A DNA stretch of 64,000 nucleotides from an uncultured Gemmatimonadales bacterium (GTDB taxonomy: Bacteria; Gemmatimonadota; Gemmatimonadetes; Gemmatimonadales; Gemmatimonadaceae): positions 1,696,001-1,760,000 of the forward strand of contig OY969695.1 of assembly GCA_963701965.1 (NCBI GenBank). Direction: 5' to 3'. The position numbers and the translations under genes were made by a program. This document shows, piece by piece, positions 48,063-59,072 of this stretch (within the stretch, counting starts at the first letter, position 1; every line of letters starts with the position of its first letter). The notes below the pieces were generated by a model. It was given only the letters and a program-made list of their open reading frames with translations, ran no database searches and was not told the origin of the DNA.

Positions 48063-49436
48063 ATGTCACGCTTACTGTCGCGCGGGTCACTGCTGGCGCT
48101 TTGCCTGCTGGCGGGAGCTCCGCTACGCGCGCAGGATTTTGACCCCGCGACCTATCGGGGTCGCCGCGACCGCCTGGCCGCCCTGGCAAAAGAGGGCGTC
48201 GTCATCGTCCAGAGCGTGACGGCCGACCAATCCGGGATCACCGAATACCTGATCGACCACAGCGACAATCACGACTTTCTGTATCTGACCGGAGTGGAGA
48301 CCGCCAACGCGACACTCGTCTTGATGCCGCAGTCCTCGCTCTTTCCCGAAGTGCTGTTCGTCCCCGAGGACGAGGTCGCGCACGCCCAGGCCGTGAGCGG
48401 CGTCAAGACAGTCATGGGAGCGGACCGGTTGAACAATGTCCTCTCCGAGGCGCTCACGGACTTCGCCATCAAGCGCGTGACCGAGCGGCGCCACAAGGCC
48501 GTGTCGACGGAGATGTCGCGCGTGCTGTCCTTGGGTCCCAAGAAGCCGTTCTACGTGAACTTTCCGCGCTATCTCAATCTTGCCGCAGAGCCCCCGGCGC
48601 GCGTGCAGCTGGCGGAGCGGATACGTCTGTTCTCGCCGGCCGTGGAGATCCGCGACGATACCCCGTTTCTGACGCACCTGCGCATCCGGCACGACAAGAC
48701 CGAGCTGGCCATGATCGCGAAAGCCGTCCACGTGGGGACGGACGGGCTGATGGCGGCAATGCGGGCATGCAAGCCGGGCGCGTACGACTATCAGGTCGAT
48801 GCGCTGACCGAGGCGGCCTTCAAGAGCGAGGGCGCGAGCCGGATCGCCTATCCGCCGCTCACGTATATCTCGCCGTTCGGCCGCAAAGTGCAGGTGTTGT
48901 CCGCCGCCGAGATCGGGAAGAGCTCCGAGCCCCAGTCCGCCATACATCAGATGCAGGCCGGCGACCTCACGATGCTGGATGCCGGCGCCGAGTACCACCA
49001 CTACGCAACCGACCTGAGCCGTATGGTCCCGGTGTCAGGGAAATTTACGCCCGAGCAACGGCAACTCTATGATGCCGTCCTCGCCGCGCACCACGCGGCC
49101 ATTGCCGCCATCCGTCCCGGCGCCACATTCAAGCAAGTGCACGATGCGGCCGTCGAAGAGCTGAAAAAGCGCAACCTCGATCAGTTCTTCACGTTTGGCA
49201 CCAGCCACTTCATTGGAATGGACGCGCACGATGCGGGCAGCTACGAAGAACCCTTGGAACCCGGCATGATTTTCACCGTGGAGCCGGGTATCATCGACAA
49301 CCAGAGGAATATCACCGTGCATGTCGAAGACATGGTCCTGGTCACCGACCAGGGTCATCAGATTTTGTCGGACGCCGTGCCCATCGAAGCGGCCGACGTC
49401 GAGAAGATGCTCGCCGACCGACCTGATGCTCACTGA
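48063..49436 (+). CDS. Xaa-Pro aminopeptidase (M24 family), secreted
   Basis: FLYLTG, LDAGAEY..YATDLSR, SHFIGMDAHD, TVEPG, VEDMV. Confidence 0.9.
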   Translation: MSRLLSRGSLLALCLLAGAPLRAQDFDPATYRGRRDRLAALAKEGVVIVQSVTADQSGITEYLIDHSDNHDFLYLTGVETANATLVLMPQSSLFPEVLFVPEDEVAHAQAVSGVKTVMGADRLNNVLSEALTDFAIKRVTERRHKAVSTEMSRVLSLGPKKPFYVNFPRYLNLAAEPPARVQLAERIRLFSPAVEIRDDTPFLTHLRIRHDKTELAMIAKAVHVGTDGLMAAMRACKPGAYDYQVDALTEAAFKSEGASRIAYPPLTYISPFGRKVQVLSAAEIGKSSEPQSAIHQMQAGDLTMLDAGAEYHHYATDLSRMVPVSGKFTPEQRQLYDAVLAAHHAAIAAIRPGATFKQVHDAAVEELKKRNLDQFFTFGTSHFIGMDAHDAGSYEEPLEPGMIFTVEPGIIDNQRNITVHVEDMVLVTDQGHQILSDAVPIEAADVEKMLADRPDAH

Positions 49437-50571
49437 CGGCCAGATAGCGGAGCTGCGGTCGCACTTTCCGATCCTCCGCGAAAAAACCTACCTCTACAAC
49501 TGTTCACAGGGCGCGCTGTCGGACATCGCCCAGTCCGGCATGGATGCCTATACCGCCAGCTGGCGGACATCGAGCGCCCCATGGGACGAGTGGGTCGGTT
49601 ACTACGAGGGGTTGCGGACTGACTTCGCCCGGTTCATCAACGCCGATCCGGATGAAGTCGCCGTCGTGAGCAGCGCGTCGGCGGGCATCAACCCGATCGC
49701 CAACGCGCTGACGTTCAACGGCCGCCGGCGGGTCGTGATGAGCGAGTTCGAGTTTCCCACGATGGGTCAGATCTGGCTCGCCCAGCAGCCGCGGGGCGCC
49801 GAGATCTGCTTTCTCGATGGGGTCGACGGCGCCGCGCCGATCGAGTCGTATCGGCGCGCCGTCGACGAACGCACCCGGATCGTGCCGCTGACCCAGATTT
49901 CGTTTCTCAACGGCGCGCGTTCCGACGTCGCCGCGGTGACGCGAATCGCGCATGACAACGGCGCGCTGTTGTTCCTGGACGGCTTCCAGGACTGCGGCAC
50001 CCGCCCGGTCGACGTGCGGGCGCTCGATTGCGATTGCTACGTCACGGGCACGCTCAAGTATCTGCTCGGGCCGCCGGGCGTGGCATTCCTGTACGTGAAA
50101 CGATCGCTGATCGAGACGTTCGCGCCGACGCTCACGAGTTGGATGGCCCAGCGCAACGCGTTCGCGTTCGACACGCGGCACCTGGACCCCGCGCCTAATG
50201 CCCGGCGATTCGAAGGCGGCTCGCCGCCGATGCCGAGCATTTACATGGCGCGCCCGGCGCTCGCGTTTCTCATGCGCATCGGGATGGCGAACGTCGCCGG
50301 CCAGATCGAACGGGTCGCCTCGGCGTTTCTTCAGGGTCTTCGTGATCTGGGTGTCGCCTCGAAGACGCCGTGGCCGACGGTCGGGCCGTTGGTCGTCGTC
50401 CGCTCCCCCGACGCCGGCGCGCTCAATGCCGCCCTCGTCAAGCGCGGCATCGTGGCTTCCGTCCGGCACGACGGCGTCCGGTTCGGCTTCCACGTGTACA
50501 ATAACATGGACGACGTGCACACCGTGTTGGACGCGCTCAAGGACAACCGCGCGCTCACGGTGCCGGCATGA
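49426..50571 (+). CDS. Class V PLP enzyme (kynureninase/cysteine desulfurase-like)
   Basis: YLYNCSQG, EFPT, LDGFQDCG, TLKYLLGPPG (PLP Lys), RRFEGGSP, FHVYN. Confidence 0.85.
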   Translation: MLTDGQIAELRSHFPILREKTYLYNCSQGALSDIAQSGMDAYTASWRTSSAPWDEWVGYYEGLRTDFARFINADPDEVAVVSSASAGINPIANALTFNGRRRVVMSEFEFPTMGQIWLAQQPRGAEICFLDGVDGAAPIESYRRAVDERTRIVPLTQISFLNGARSDVAAVTRIAHDNGALLFLDGFQDCGTRPVDVRALDCDCYVTGTLKYLLGPPGVAFLYVKRSLIETFAPTLTSWMAQRNAFAFDTRHLDPAPNARRFEGGSPPMPSIYMARPALAFLMRIGMANVAGQIERVASAFLQGLRDLGVASKTPWPTVGPLVVVRSPDAGALNAALVKRGIVASVRHDGVRFGFHVYNNMDDVHTVLDALKDNRALTVPA

Positions 50572-51287
50572 AGACACTGGCCGGCGGGTGTCAGGTTTGC
50601 GGTCCCGACGATGGACACGTCTCCACGCTCGGCAACTGTACGTCGCGAGCGATCATCTCCCAGCGGGTATCGCAGACGATGTACGAGTACGCGCCGGGCG
50701 TATCCGCGTCGTCCTTCAACCCGTCGGCCGAGGAAGTCCTCTACGTCCTCGAGGGCGAGGGCATCTGCAACATCGACGGCACTAAATATCCCGTGACGCC
50801 CGGCACTGGCGTGCTGCTGCCCCCGGGAGGGGTCTCGTCCGTCGAGAACGCGGGCCCGGCGCCGCTCAAGATGATCGGCGTCCGGTGTCCCGCCGAGGCC
50901 GCGCCCACACCGGCGGGTGCGCCGGTCCGTCGCACGGTGCACGTGTCGGAGCGGGAGCCGATTCGGGCTGGGAAGGACCGGGAGTTCCGGTTGCTGGTCA
51001 CCACCGACATCGGCAGCGTCGAAGTGACGCAGTTCGTGGGATGGATTCCGCCGGGCAAGGCGAAGTTTCACCACCATACGTACGAAGAAGACATCTTCAT
51101 TCTCGACGGCCACGGCGTCCTGCACCTCAAGGGACAGCCATCGGCCGCCGAGTTCGGGCCGGGCACCAGCATCTATCTCCCGCCCGGTGTCGTTCACTGC
51201 CTGGAGAATCCCGGCACCGAGCCCATTCGGTTGCTGGGCGTGTTCCACCCCTCCGGCAGTCCCGGCACCGCGTATGAAGACGACTGA
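50568..51287 (+). CDS. Bicupin protein
   Basis: Two cupin motifs: EEVLYVLEGEG, and HHHTYEEDIFILDG...PPGVVHCLEN. Confidence 0.85.
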   Translation: MKTLAGGCQVCGPDDGHVSTLGNCTSRAIISQRVSQTMYEYAPGVSASSFNPSAEEVLYVLEGEGICNIDGTKYPVTPGTGVLLPPGGVSSVENAGPAPLKMIGVRCPAEAAPTPAGAPVRRTVHVSEREPIRAGKDREFRLLVTTDIGSVEVTQFVGWIPPGKAKFHHHTYEEDIFILDGHGVLHLKGQPSAAEFGPGTSIYLPPGVVHCLENPGTEPIRLLGVFHPSGSPGTAYEDD

Positions 51288-52650
51288 CATCGAGGACAAC
51301 GAGCAGCTCTCTCGACAACTGACCACGCGGCAGCTCGGCATGATCGCCATCGGTGGGGCGATCGGTACCGCGTTGTTTCTGGGCAGTTCGATTACCGTCC
51401 ACACCGCCGGACCCGGCGCCATCATCAGTTACCTGATCGGCGCCGGCATCGCGGTGCTGCTCATGGGCGCGCTGTCGGAAATGGCGGTCGCGCACCCGAC
51501 GGCGGGATCGTTCGGGATCTACGCCGAGAAGTATTGGAATCCCTGGGCGGGATTCGTGGTGCGATACACGTACTGGGCCTGCCAGTGCATCGCGATCGGC
51601 GCCGAGGCGACCGCCATCGCGATTTACTGCCAATGGTGGTTCCCCCACACGCCGCCCTGGCTCTGGGTGCTGGGCTTCTCGGTCGCCCTGCTCGCGATCA
51701 ACGCGCGCAGCGTCGGCAGCTTCGGGAGCATCGAATATTGGTTTTCGATGATCAAGGTCGTCGCCATCGTCCTGTTCATCGTCTGCGGGTTGTCGCTGCT
51801 GGTCGGCGTCGGGCCGTATCCGGCCATCGGGTTCTCCAACTTCACGGCCCATGGGGGATTTCTTCCGCATGGTTGGACCGGCGTCTGGCTGGCGATGTGC
51901 TTCGTGGTCCTGAGCTTCATGGGCACGGAGGTCGTGGCGGTCACGGCGGGCGAGGCCCAGCATCCCGAGACTGCTATTCCCAGCGCCATGCGCCGGATCG
52001 TCGGCCGGCTGACGCTCTTCTACATGGGTGCGATCGTCGTGCTGATCGGCCTCGTGCCCTGGAACCAGATTCAGTCCGGGTCTACCGTCACGGCCAGTCC
52101 GTTCGTGAGGGTCTTTCAACTGATCGGCATTCCCGCCGCCGCCCACATCGTGAACTTCGTCGTGATCACGGCCGCGGCGTCGAGCATGAACTGCAATCTG
52201 TATCTGGTCAGCCGGATGATGTTCTCGCTCTCGCGTGGCGGTTATGCCCCGAAAGCTTTCGGGCGTGTGTCGGCGCGAGGAGTCCCCATACCGGCGCTGC
52301 TGGCGTCCGCCGTCGGACTGTCGGCCTCGATCCTGGTGGCGTTCTTCTACCCCGGCTCGGCATTTGTCTACCTGTATGGCGTCGCCGCTTTCGGCGGCCT
52401 CTTTACCTGGCTCGCCATCTTCATCACGCACCTGTACTTCCGGAAGCGGTGGGATGCGGCGGGCAACCCGCCGGTCTCGGTCCGCATGATCGGCTATCCG
52501 TACACGTCGCTGCTAGGCGCGGCCTTGATCGTGGTGACGCTGGCCACCACGTGGTGGGTGCCCGACCTCCGCATTACGCTGATCTCGGGCATCCCGTGGT
52601 TGGTGTTCCTCACGATCGTCTACTTCGTGGTCGCCCGACGCCGGAAGTGA
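51274..52650 (+). CDS. Amino acid permease (APC/AAT family)
   Basis: MIAIGGAIGTALF, FGSIEYWFSMIK, GTEVVAVTAGEA, SPFV; about 12 TMs. Confidence 0.93.
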   Translation: MKTTDIEDNEQLSRQLTTRQLGMIAIGGAIGTALFLGSSITVHTAGPGAIISYLIGAGIAVLLMGALSEMAVAHPTAGSFGIYAEKYWNPWAGFVVRYTYWACQCIAIGAEATAIAIYCQWWFPHTPPWLWVLGFSVALLAINARSVGSFGSIEYWFSMIKVVAIVLFIVCGLSLLVGVGPYPAIGFSNFTAHGGFLPHGWTGVWLAMCFVVLSFMGTEVVAVTAGEAQHPETAIPSAMRRIVGRLTLFYMGAIVVLIGLVPWNQIQSGSTVTASPFVRVFQLIGIPAAAHIVNFVVITAAASSMNCNLYLVSRMMFSLSRGGYAPKAFGRVSARGVPIPALLASAVGLSASILVAFFYPGSAFVYLYGVAAFGGLFTWLAIFITHLYFRKRWDAAGNPPVSVRMIGYPYTSLLGAALIVVTLATTWWVPDLRITLISGIPWLVFLTIVYFVVARRRK

Positions 52651-54642
52651 CGCGGCCGACGCCACCCGCCGAGCTGACCGCCCGCGCGCTGCTGCTCGGG
52701 GCGTTCCTCGGGATCGTGTTCGGCCTCGTCACGGTGTACGTCGCGCTGGAGGTGGGACTCAACTTCAGCGCCTCGATCCCGATCGCGGTCCTCTCCATCA
52801 CCGTCTTCCGGCGCCTGGGACACGGGTCGGTGTTGGAGAAGAACATGGTCCAGACGGTGGGGTCGGCCGGCGAGTCGATCGCGGCCGGTATCGTCTACAC
52901 CATGCCGGCGCTCCTCTTCCTCGGTTACCAACTCGAGCTGTGGCGCATTTTTTGGCTGGCCCTCGTTGGCGGCATTCTCGGCGTGCTGTTCATGGTGCCG
53001 CTCCGGGAACATCTCGTCGTCAAAGAGCACGGCCGGCTGATCTACCCCGAGGGCACGGCGTGCGCCGACATTCTCATCTCCGGAGAGCGCGGAGGCGCGT
53101 TCGCCCGACAGGTCTTCCTAGGCCTGGCCGTCGGCGCCGGCTACAAGTTCGCCATGAGCGGCCTGCGGTTGTGGCGCTCGTCGCTCGACTGGACGCTGAG
53201 TGGACTCCGCGGTGCGGTGCTCAGTCTCGACCTGGCACCCGAGCTCTTGGGGATAGGCTGCCTGATCGGACTCCCCGTCGCCCGCGTCATCTTCGCGGGC
53301 TCGGTCATGTCGGGCATCGTGCTCATCCCGCTGATCTACTTTTTCGGCGAGCAGCTGACGGGCCCCATCTACCCTTCGTCCGTGCCGATCGACCAGAATG
53401 GCCCCGGGCGACATCTGGTCGAGTTACCTGCGGTATGTCGGCGCCGGAGCGGTCATCGCCGGCGGCGCGCTGCTCCTGTTTGGCGCGCTGCCGACCGTCG
53501 TCGCATCGCTGCGCGGTCTGCGCGCGTCGCGTACGACCGATACGGCCAATGCATCGCGGGACCTGTCGCCCCGCACCGTAATCGGCGGGGCGGTGCTCAT
53601 GTTGGGCGCGCTCTACGCGCTGCTCTCCATCGCCATCAATCCGGGGGGCCAAGCCAATCTGCTGTCGACGCTCCTGGTCGCGGTGTTCGGCTTCTTCTTC
53701 GTCGTCGTGTCCGCGCGGATCACCGGTCTCATGGGATCGTCCGCCAATCCGATCTCAGGAATCACGATCGCCGTCATCATGCTGACCTGCCTCCTCTTCG
53801 TCTCGTCGGGTTGGGTCGGCGGGACCTACGAGATCATCGCGATCAGCATCGGCGCCGTGGTCTGCGTCGCGGCGTCGAACGCCGGCACGACGGCGCAGGA
53901 TCTCAAGACGGGGTACCTAGTGGGCGCGTCCCCGCGACGCCAGCAGATCGGCCTCGTAGTCGGCGTGCTGACGTCGGTGCTCTGCATCGGCTACACCTTG
54001 ACGTGGCTCAACGGGCACGCCGCTCCGGTCTCCGTCGCCGCCACCGCGCTCCCCAGCGATAGCCGATTGGTCGAGACCGGGATGCGATTCCAGGGCGGCA
54101 CGTACGACGTCTACGCCGTCCGCACGGGCAGCGGCATGCCGGCCGGGCGGTACCTCGTGACGCCTGGCGATCGGCGGACGGCGTTCCGGGAGACACAACG
54201 CATCGGGTCCGCGCAACTCCCGGCGCCGCAGGCTCAGGTCATGGCGATCCTGGTCGACGGGCTCCTCAATCATCGGATGCGCTGGCGTCTCTTGCTCGTC
54301 GGCATCGTGATCGCGTTGGTTCTGGAGCTGGCCGGTGTCCGGTCCCTGCCCTTCGCCGTCGGGATGTATCTCCCGCTGTCGGCGACAACGACCCTGCTGG
54401 TCGGCGCCCTCATCGGGCGCCTCGCCAAATCCGGAGAGTCGGGCACGTTGTACAGCTCCGGGTTGATCGCCGGTGGCGCCATGAGCGCCATCGGAATCGC
54501 GGTCGCATCGAGCATGGGACTGCTGGATCGATTCGACTTGGGCAGCCGGCTCGGGCTCTCCTTCCTCCAATCGCCGATCTGGGCGCTGGCGACGTTCGTG
54601 GCGCTCTCGGGAATCCTCTGGCGCGAGAGCCGGTCCCGCTAG
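52647..54642 (+). CDS. OPT-family oligopeptide transporter; +1 indel at ~53397
   Basis: ELTARA, SASIPIAV, NMVQTVGSAGES, YPEGTACA; then YVGAG, NPISG, QDLKTGYLVG, LPAPQA, FAVGMYLP in the next frame. Confidence 0.9.
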
Positions 54643-55361
54643 ACCTGCGCCCGGTGGTAGATCCTGAGCTCCGGAATGATCGTGTCCGGATCCTGCTTGA
54701 TACAAAAGACGACGGCCGCTGCGACAGGCCGGGGATCGAGCCAGTCCAACCCGAGGTGCCACACTTCGGACTCCTCGGCCATCGGCGTCAGGATCATCCC
54801 TGGCGTCAGGGCGGTCACCCGGATGCGCGTTTTCTTGAGATCCTTGGCCACCGACTCGGAGAACCCGAGGATGCCCCACTTCGACGCACAGTAGGCCGAG
54901 CTGTCCTCTTCACCCTTTTTGCCCGATCCGGACGAGATGAAGATGATGGTACCGTCGCCGCGCGCGCGCATGTCCTGGACGAGGGCCTCGCGCGTACAGA
55001 GAAAGTGACCCTTGAGGTTGGCGTCGTGGATGCGGTCCCACATCGCTGTCGACGTCTCCCAAATGGGAGCGACCTGGCGAATACCGGCGTTGTTCACCAG
55101 GACGTCGAGCCGGCCCCAGCGGGCGATCACATCACGCGTGAAGGATTGCACCGCGCGCTCGTTCCCAATGTCGGCCGCGAACGCCAGCGTCTCGACGCCG
55201 CGCTCGCGCCCGATGGCCGCCATCCGGGCCGCCAGCTCCTCGCGCTTGACGTCGACACCGGCCACGCGCACGCCTTCCTGCGCCAGGGCGTCGGCGATCT
55301 CGGCGCCGAGCCCGCGGGCCGCGCCCGTCACGATCGCCGTCTTGCCCGCGAGATCAGACAT
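54639..55361 (-). CDS. SDR oxidoreductase
   Basis: TGAARGLG, NNAG, YCASK. Confidence 0.92.
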   Translation of the reverse strand: MSDLAGKTAIVTGAARGLGAEIADALAQEGVRVAGVDVKREELAARMAAIGRERGVETLAFAADIGNERAVQSFTRDVIARWGRLDVLVNNAGIRQVAPIWETSTAMWDRIHDANLKGHFLCTREALVQDMRARGDGTIIFISSGSGKKGEEDSSAYCASKWGILGFSESVAKDLKKTRIRVTALTPGMILTPMAEESEVWHLGLDWLDPRPVAAAVVFCIKQDPDTIIPELRIYHRAQV

Positions 55362-55737
55362 GCTTGTTGGCCTTCTCGGTGTCGAAGTACTCGCGCACCC
55401 AGTAGATCTTGCCGTCCTTGATCTCAATGAAGAACGCGCCGGTGTTGCTGTAGTTCTTCCCGGTCTTCGGCTTGAGATGGCTCCGCCACTCGATCATGAC
55501 CGTTGAGTGCTTGGGATCTTCATCGAGATGGACGACCTCGAAGCGCACCTCGTGGAACGCGGGAAACACGCGCTGGCGAAAATAGTCAGCGATCTTCGCG
55601 TTGCCTTCGAGATCGACACCGAAATCGGATCCGGGCGCCGAATGCTTGGCCTGGGAATGCAACAAGGGCTGCAGTTGGTCGGCACTCATTGTATTGTAGC
55701 AATCGACCATCTGTCGCACGAGATCGACATTGGACAT
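55354..55737 (-). CDS. SnoaL/NTF2-like protein
   Basis: Size and C-terminal IKDGKIYWVREYFDT motif. Confidence 0.85.
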   Translation of the reverse strand: MSNVDLVRQMVDCYNTMSADQLQPLLHSQAKHSAPGSDFGVDLEGNAKIADYFRQRVFPAFHEVRFEVVHLDEDPKHSTVMIEWRSHLKPKTGKNYSNTGAFFIEIKDGKIYWVREYFDTEKANKHV

Positions 55738-55768
55738 GCTCCTGCTCTCCTGGCTACGGGGTTGATGC

Positions 55769-56155
55769 TCAGTCGGGTACGACGGCGGTCACTTCGATCT
55801 CCACCCGCGCGCCATCCTCAATGAGACCGGCGACCTGCACGGCGGTCATCGCGGGATAGTGGCGGCCGATGATCTCGCGATAGATGGTGCCGATCTCCCG
55901 GTGGGCGCGCACATATTCGTTCTTGTCGATCATGTACCATGTCATGCGGACAATGTGCGACGGTTGGGCGCCGCCTTCCGCCAGAATGGCCACGATGTTC
56001 TCGAGCGCCCGCCGCGTCTGCGCCGCGAACCCGTCGGCGAGTTGCCCGGCTCGATCCCATCCGATCATGCCGCTGACGAACACCGTGCGACCTTTGGCGA
56101 CCATGCCAAAGGCGTAGCCCTTGGGCCGCGGCCAACCCGGCAGCTCAATCCGCAT
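55769..56155 (-). CDS. RidA/YjgF family protein
   Basis: GWPRPKGY, FVSGMIGW, YPAMTAVQVAGL, VEIE. Confidence 0.9.
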   Translation of the reverse strand: MRIELPGWPRPKGYAFGMVAKGRTVFVSGMIGWDRAGQLADGFAAQTRRALENIVAILAEGGAQPSHIVRMTWYMIDKNEYVRAHREIGTIYREIIGRHYPAMTAVQVAGLIEDGARVEIEVTAVVPD

Positions 56156-56573
56156 GGAACACCGCCAGGCGCGCGCGCAGGTCGGCGGGAATCGGCGAGG
56201 GCCGCTTCGTGGCGGCATCGGTCAGCACGAGCACCGAATTCCCGCGGACGCGCTCCCCGCCATCCGGTCCCGATAGCACGATCGCCAGACCCACGGAGCT
56301 CGTGCCAATGCGCCGCACCGCGAGCGTGGCCGTGAGCACATCACCGAGCATGCTGGGCGCCACGAAGTCCACATCGAGATGCACGGTCGGCAGGCCCCAT
56401 CCCCGCTGCTGATGAATCTCGGCGAACGAGACGCCGAGCTCGTCCCGGCACCAATCTTCGACGAGATTGTTGAACATCTCCAGATACCGCGGGAAGAAGA
56501 CGATGCCGGCCGGATCGCAATGGGCGAAACGCACTAGAATGTCCGCGCGATAGACGCGGCCTCGCTCAGCCAC
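56145..56573 (-). CDS. 4-hydroxybenzoyl-CoA-type hotdog thioesterase
   Basis: [17 protein letters not shown]. Confidence 0.9.
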   Translation of the reverse strand: MAERGRVYRADILVRFAHCDPAGIVFFPRYLEMFNNLVEDWCRDELGVSFAEIHQQRGWGLPTVHLDVDFVAPSMLGDVLTATLAVRRIGTSSVGLAIVLSGPDGGERVRGNSVLVLTDAATKRPSPIPADLRARLAVFHAD

Positions 56574-57717
56574 GGGGACCCTCGCTGTCCTGGAATGCCT
56601 TGATGATGCCGCGCGCGATGATCAACTGCTGGACCTCGGTCGCGCCCTCGTAAATGCGGAGCGGCCGGATCTCGCGGTAGAGTCGCTCCACCGGTTGATC
56701 GCGCACCACGCCGAGGCCCCCGAACATCTGCAGCGCCGCATCGATCACCTGTTGGGCGGTCTCGGTGGCGGTCATCTTGGCCATCGCCGCTTCGACCGTG
56801 ACGCCGCGACCCATGTCGCGCTGCCACGCGGCGCGGTACGTGAGGAGCGCCGCGGCGTCGACGCCGGTGGCCATGTCCGCCAGCTTGGCTTGGGTCAGCT
56901 GAAAATCAGCCAGCGTCTGGCCGAAGAGGGTTCTGGTGGTCGCGCGCCGGAGCGCCTCATATAACGCACGCCGCGCGAATCCCACCGCCGCGGCGGCGAC
57001 CGACGTGCGAAACACGTCGAGCGTCGCCATGGCGACCTTGAATCCTTGCCCGGGCGCCCCAATGACCTGCGCCGCGTCGACTCGACAGTCGGTGAAAACC
57101 AGCCGCGCCAACGGATGTGGCGCCATGACCTGGATCCGCTCCCCGGCGTTGAAGCCGGGGGTGCCGGCTTCGACCACAAAGGCGGTGATGCCTCTCGCGC
57201 CGGGCGCTTCACCGGTCCGGGCGAACACGACGTAGAAATCGGCGATGCCGCCGTTCGAGATCCACGTCTTCTCGCCATTGAGCACGTACGCATCGCCCTC
57301 CCGGCGTGCGGCGCACTGCAGCGCGGCGACATCCGATCCGGCCGCCGGCTCCGACAGCGCGAATGCCGCAATGGCATCGCCGGTGCCGGCGCGGGCGGCA
57401 TATCGCTGCTTCTGGGTCTCGCTGCCGAACAGCGTGATGGCGCCGGAGCCGAGTCCTTGCATCGCGAACGCGAAGTCCGCCAGGCCCGAATGAAACGCCA
57501 GCGTTTCGCGGATGAGGCACACCGCGCGGGTGTCGATGCGCTCGCCGACCGCGTGGGCCAACCAACCGGCATCGCCGAGCGCGCGCACCAGCGCACGACA
57601 GGCGGCATCGACGTCGGCGTCGTGGTCTGGCGTCACGTGGGTGGTGGCCCACGCGTCGCAATCGGTCACTACGGTCTGGTGGCGTGGCTCGAAGAACGGC
57701 CACGCCGAGATGGTCAT
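56566..57717 (-). CDS. Acyl-CoA dehydrogenase
   Basis: [38 protein letters not shown]. Confidence 0.93.
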   Translation of the reverse strand: MTISAWPFFEPRHQTVVTDCDAWATTHVTPDHDADVDAACRALVRALGDAGWLAHAVGERIDTRAVCLIRETLAFHSGLADFAFAMQGLGSGAITLFGSETQKQRYAARAGTGDAIAAFALSEPAAGSDVAALQCAARREGDAYVLNGEKTWISNGGIADFYVVFARTGEAPGARGITAFVVEAGTPGFNAGERIQVMAPHPLARLVFTDCRVDAAQVIGAPGQGFKVAMATLDVFRTSVAAAAVGFARRALYEALRRATTRTLFGQTLADFQLTQAKLADMATGVDAAALLTYRAAWQRDMGRGVTVEAAMAKMTATETAQQVIDAALQMFGGLGVVRDQPVERLYREIRPLRIYEGATEVQQLIIARGIIKAFQDSEGPRG

Positions 57718-57729
57718 GGCGGTCCACGG

Positions 57730-58587
57730 TCAGTTGCCTTCGAACACCGGCTTCTGTTTGGCGACGAACGCATGATAGGCGCGATGGAAATCGTTCGTCG
57801 CCATGCAGATCGCCTGGGCCTGCGCTTCGGCCTCGATGGCCTCATCGACGCCCATGTTCCATTCTTGCTGCAACATGCGCTTGGTCATCCCGTGCGCGAA
57901 CGTGGGGCCGGATGCCAACGTCTCGGCCAGCGCCCGCGCGTCGGCCAGCAGCGACTCGGGAGCACACAGGCGATTGAGGAACCCCCACCGCTCGGCCTCC
58001 TCGCCGCCCACGCTGCGGCCCGTGAACAGCAACTCGGCCGCCCGCCCCTGGCCGACGACCCGTGGCAGCAGGGCGCACGCGCCCATGTCACATCCGGCCA
58101 ATCCCACCCGCGTGAAGAGAAACGCCGTCTTGCTGCGCGCCGTGCCGAGCCGGAGATCCGAAGCCAGCGCCAACAGCGCCCCCGCGCCCATGCACACGCC
58201 GTCAATGGCGGCGATGATTGGTTGGGGACAGGCGCGCATTGCCCGCACCACATCGCCCGTCATCCGGGTGAACGCCAACAAGCCGGGCATATCGAGAACG
58301 GTGAGCGGACCAATGATCTCGTGCACATCGCCGCCCGAGCAGAAATTCTCTCCCGCGCCCGTGATGACGATGGCCTTGATATCCTCGGCGGCGACCATCG
58401 CCCGGAACAGGTCGCGGAGCTCGGCGTAGGCGTCGAACGTCAATGGGTTCTTCCGCTCCGGCCGGTCCAGCGTGATCGTCGCCAACGCGCGCTCGACGGC
58501 GAACCCGACGTGCTGGCCATTGTAATCGGCGAGGCGGCTCCGATGGCCCGGCAAGTGATGGGACTCGCCCGGGAGATATCGCATCAT
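57730..58587 (-). CDS. Enoyl-CoA hydratase family protein
   Basis: [31 protein letters not shown]. Confidence 0.93.
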   Translation of the reverse strand: MMRYLPGESHHLPGHRSRLADYNGQHVGFAVERALATITLDRPERKNPLTFDAYAELRDLFRAMVAAEDIKAIVITGAGENFCSGGDVHEIIGPLTVLDMPGLLAFTRMTGDVVRAMRACPQPIIAAIDGVCMGAGALLALASDLRLGTARSKTAFLFTRVGLAGCDMGACALLPRVVGQGRAAELLFTGRSVGGEEAERWGFLNRLCAPESLLADARALAETLASGPTFAHGMTKRMLQQEWNMGVDEAIEAEAQAQAICMATNDFHRAYHAFVAKQKPVFEGN

Positions 58588-59072
58588 GTGACCAATCCGA
58601 CTTTGAGTTTGCGCAGCATGCCGAGCATCGCCTGCTTCTCATCCTGGCTGAGACCGGCCATGAGCTCAATGATCCATTCCTCATGGTGGGACGCCATCTC
58701 GCGGAATCGCTTGAGGCCCGCCCGCGTGAGCTTGACGGTCACCGCGCGCCGATCGCTCTGCTCCAACGTGCGAACGACCAACCCTTCCCGCTCGAGCTGG
58801 TCCGTGATGCCGGTGACGTTGCCACCGGAGACCATGAGGCGCTGGGACAGCTCGGACATGCGGAGCCCGTCGGGATGCCGCTCCAGCTGCGCCAGGAGAT
58901 CGAATCGGGGAAGCGTCGTCTCGAATCGCTCCCGCAACCGCGTCCGGACCCGACCCTCGATGCGCATGGTGCAGGAGAGCAACCGCAACCAGAGCCGCAG
59001 GGCCTGATGGTCGTCGGGCGTGGCGCGCGTCTCCAGGTCGACCAAGTCGACCTCGGTGGCTCTCGCTCTCAT
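58584..59072 (-). CDS. MarR-family regulator
   Basis: [39 protein letters not shown]. Confidence 0.9.
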   Translation of the reverse strand: MRARATEVDLVDLETRATPDDHQALRLWLRLLSCTMRIEGRVRTRLRERFETTLPRFDLLAQLERHPDGLRMSELSQRLMVSGGNVTGITDQLEREGLVVRTLEQSDRRAVTVKLTRAGLKRFREMASHHEEWIIELMAGLSQDEKQAMLGMLRKLKVGLVT

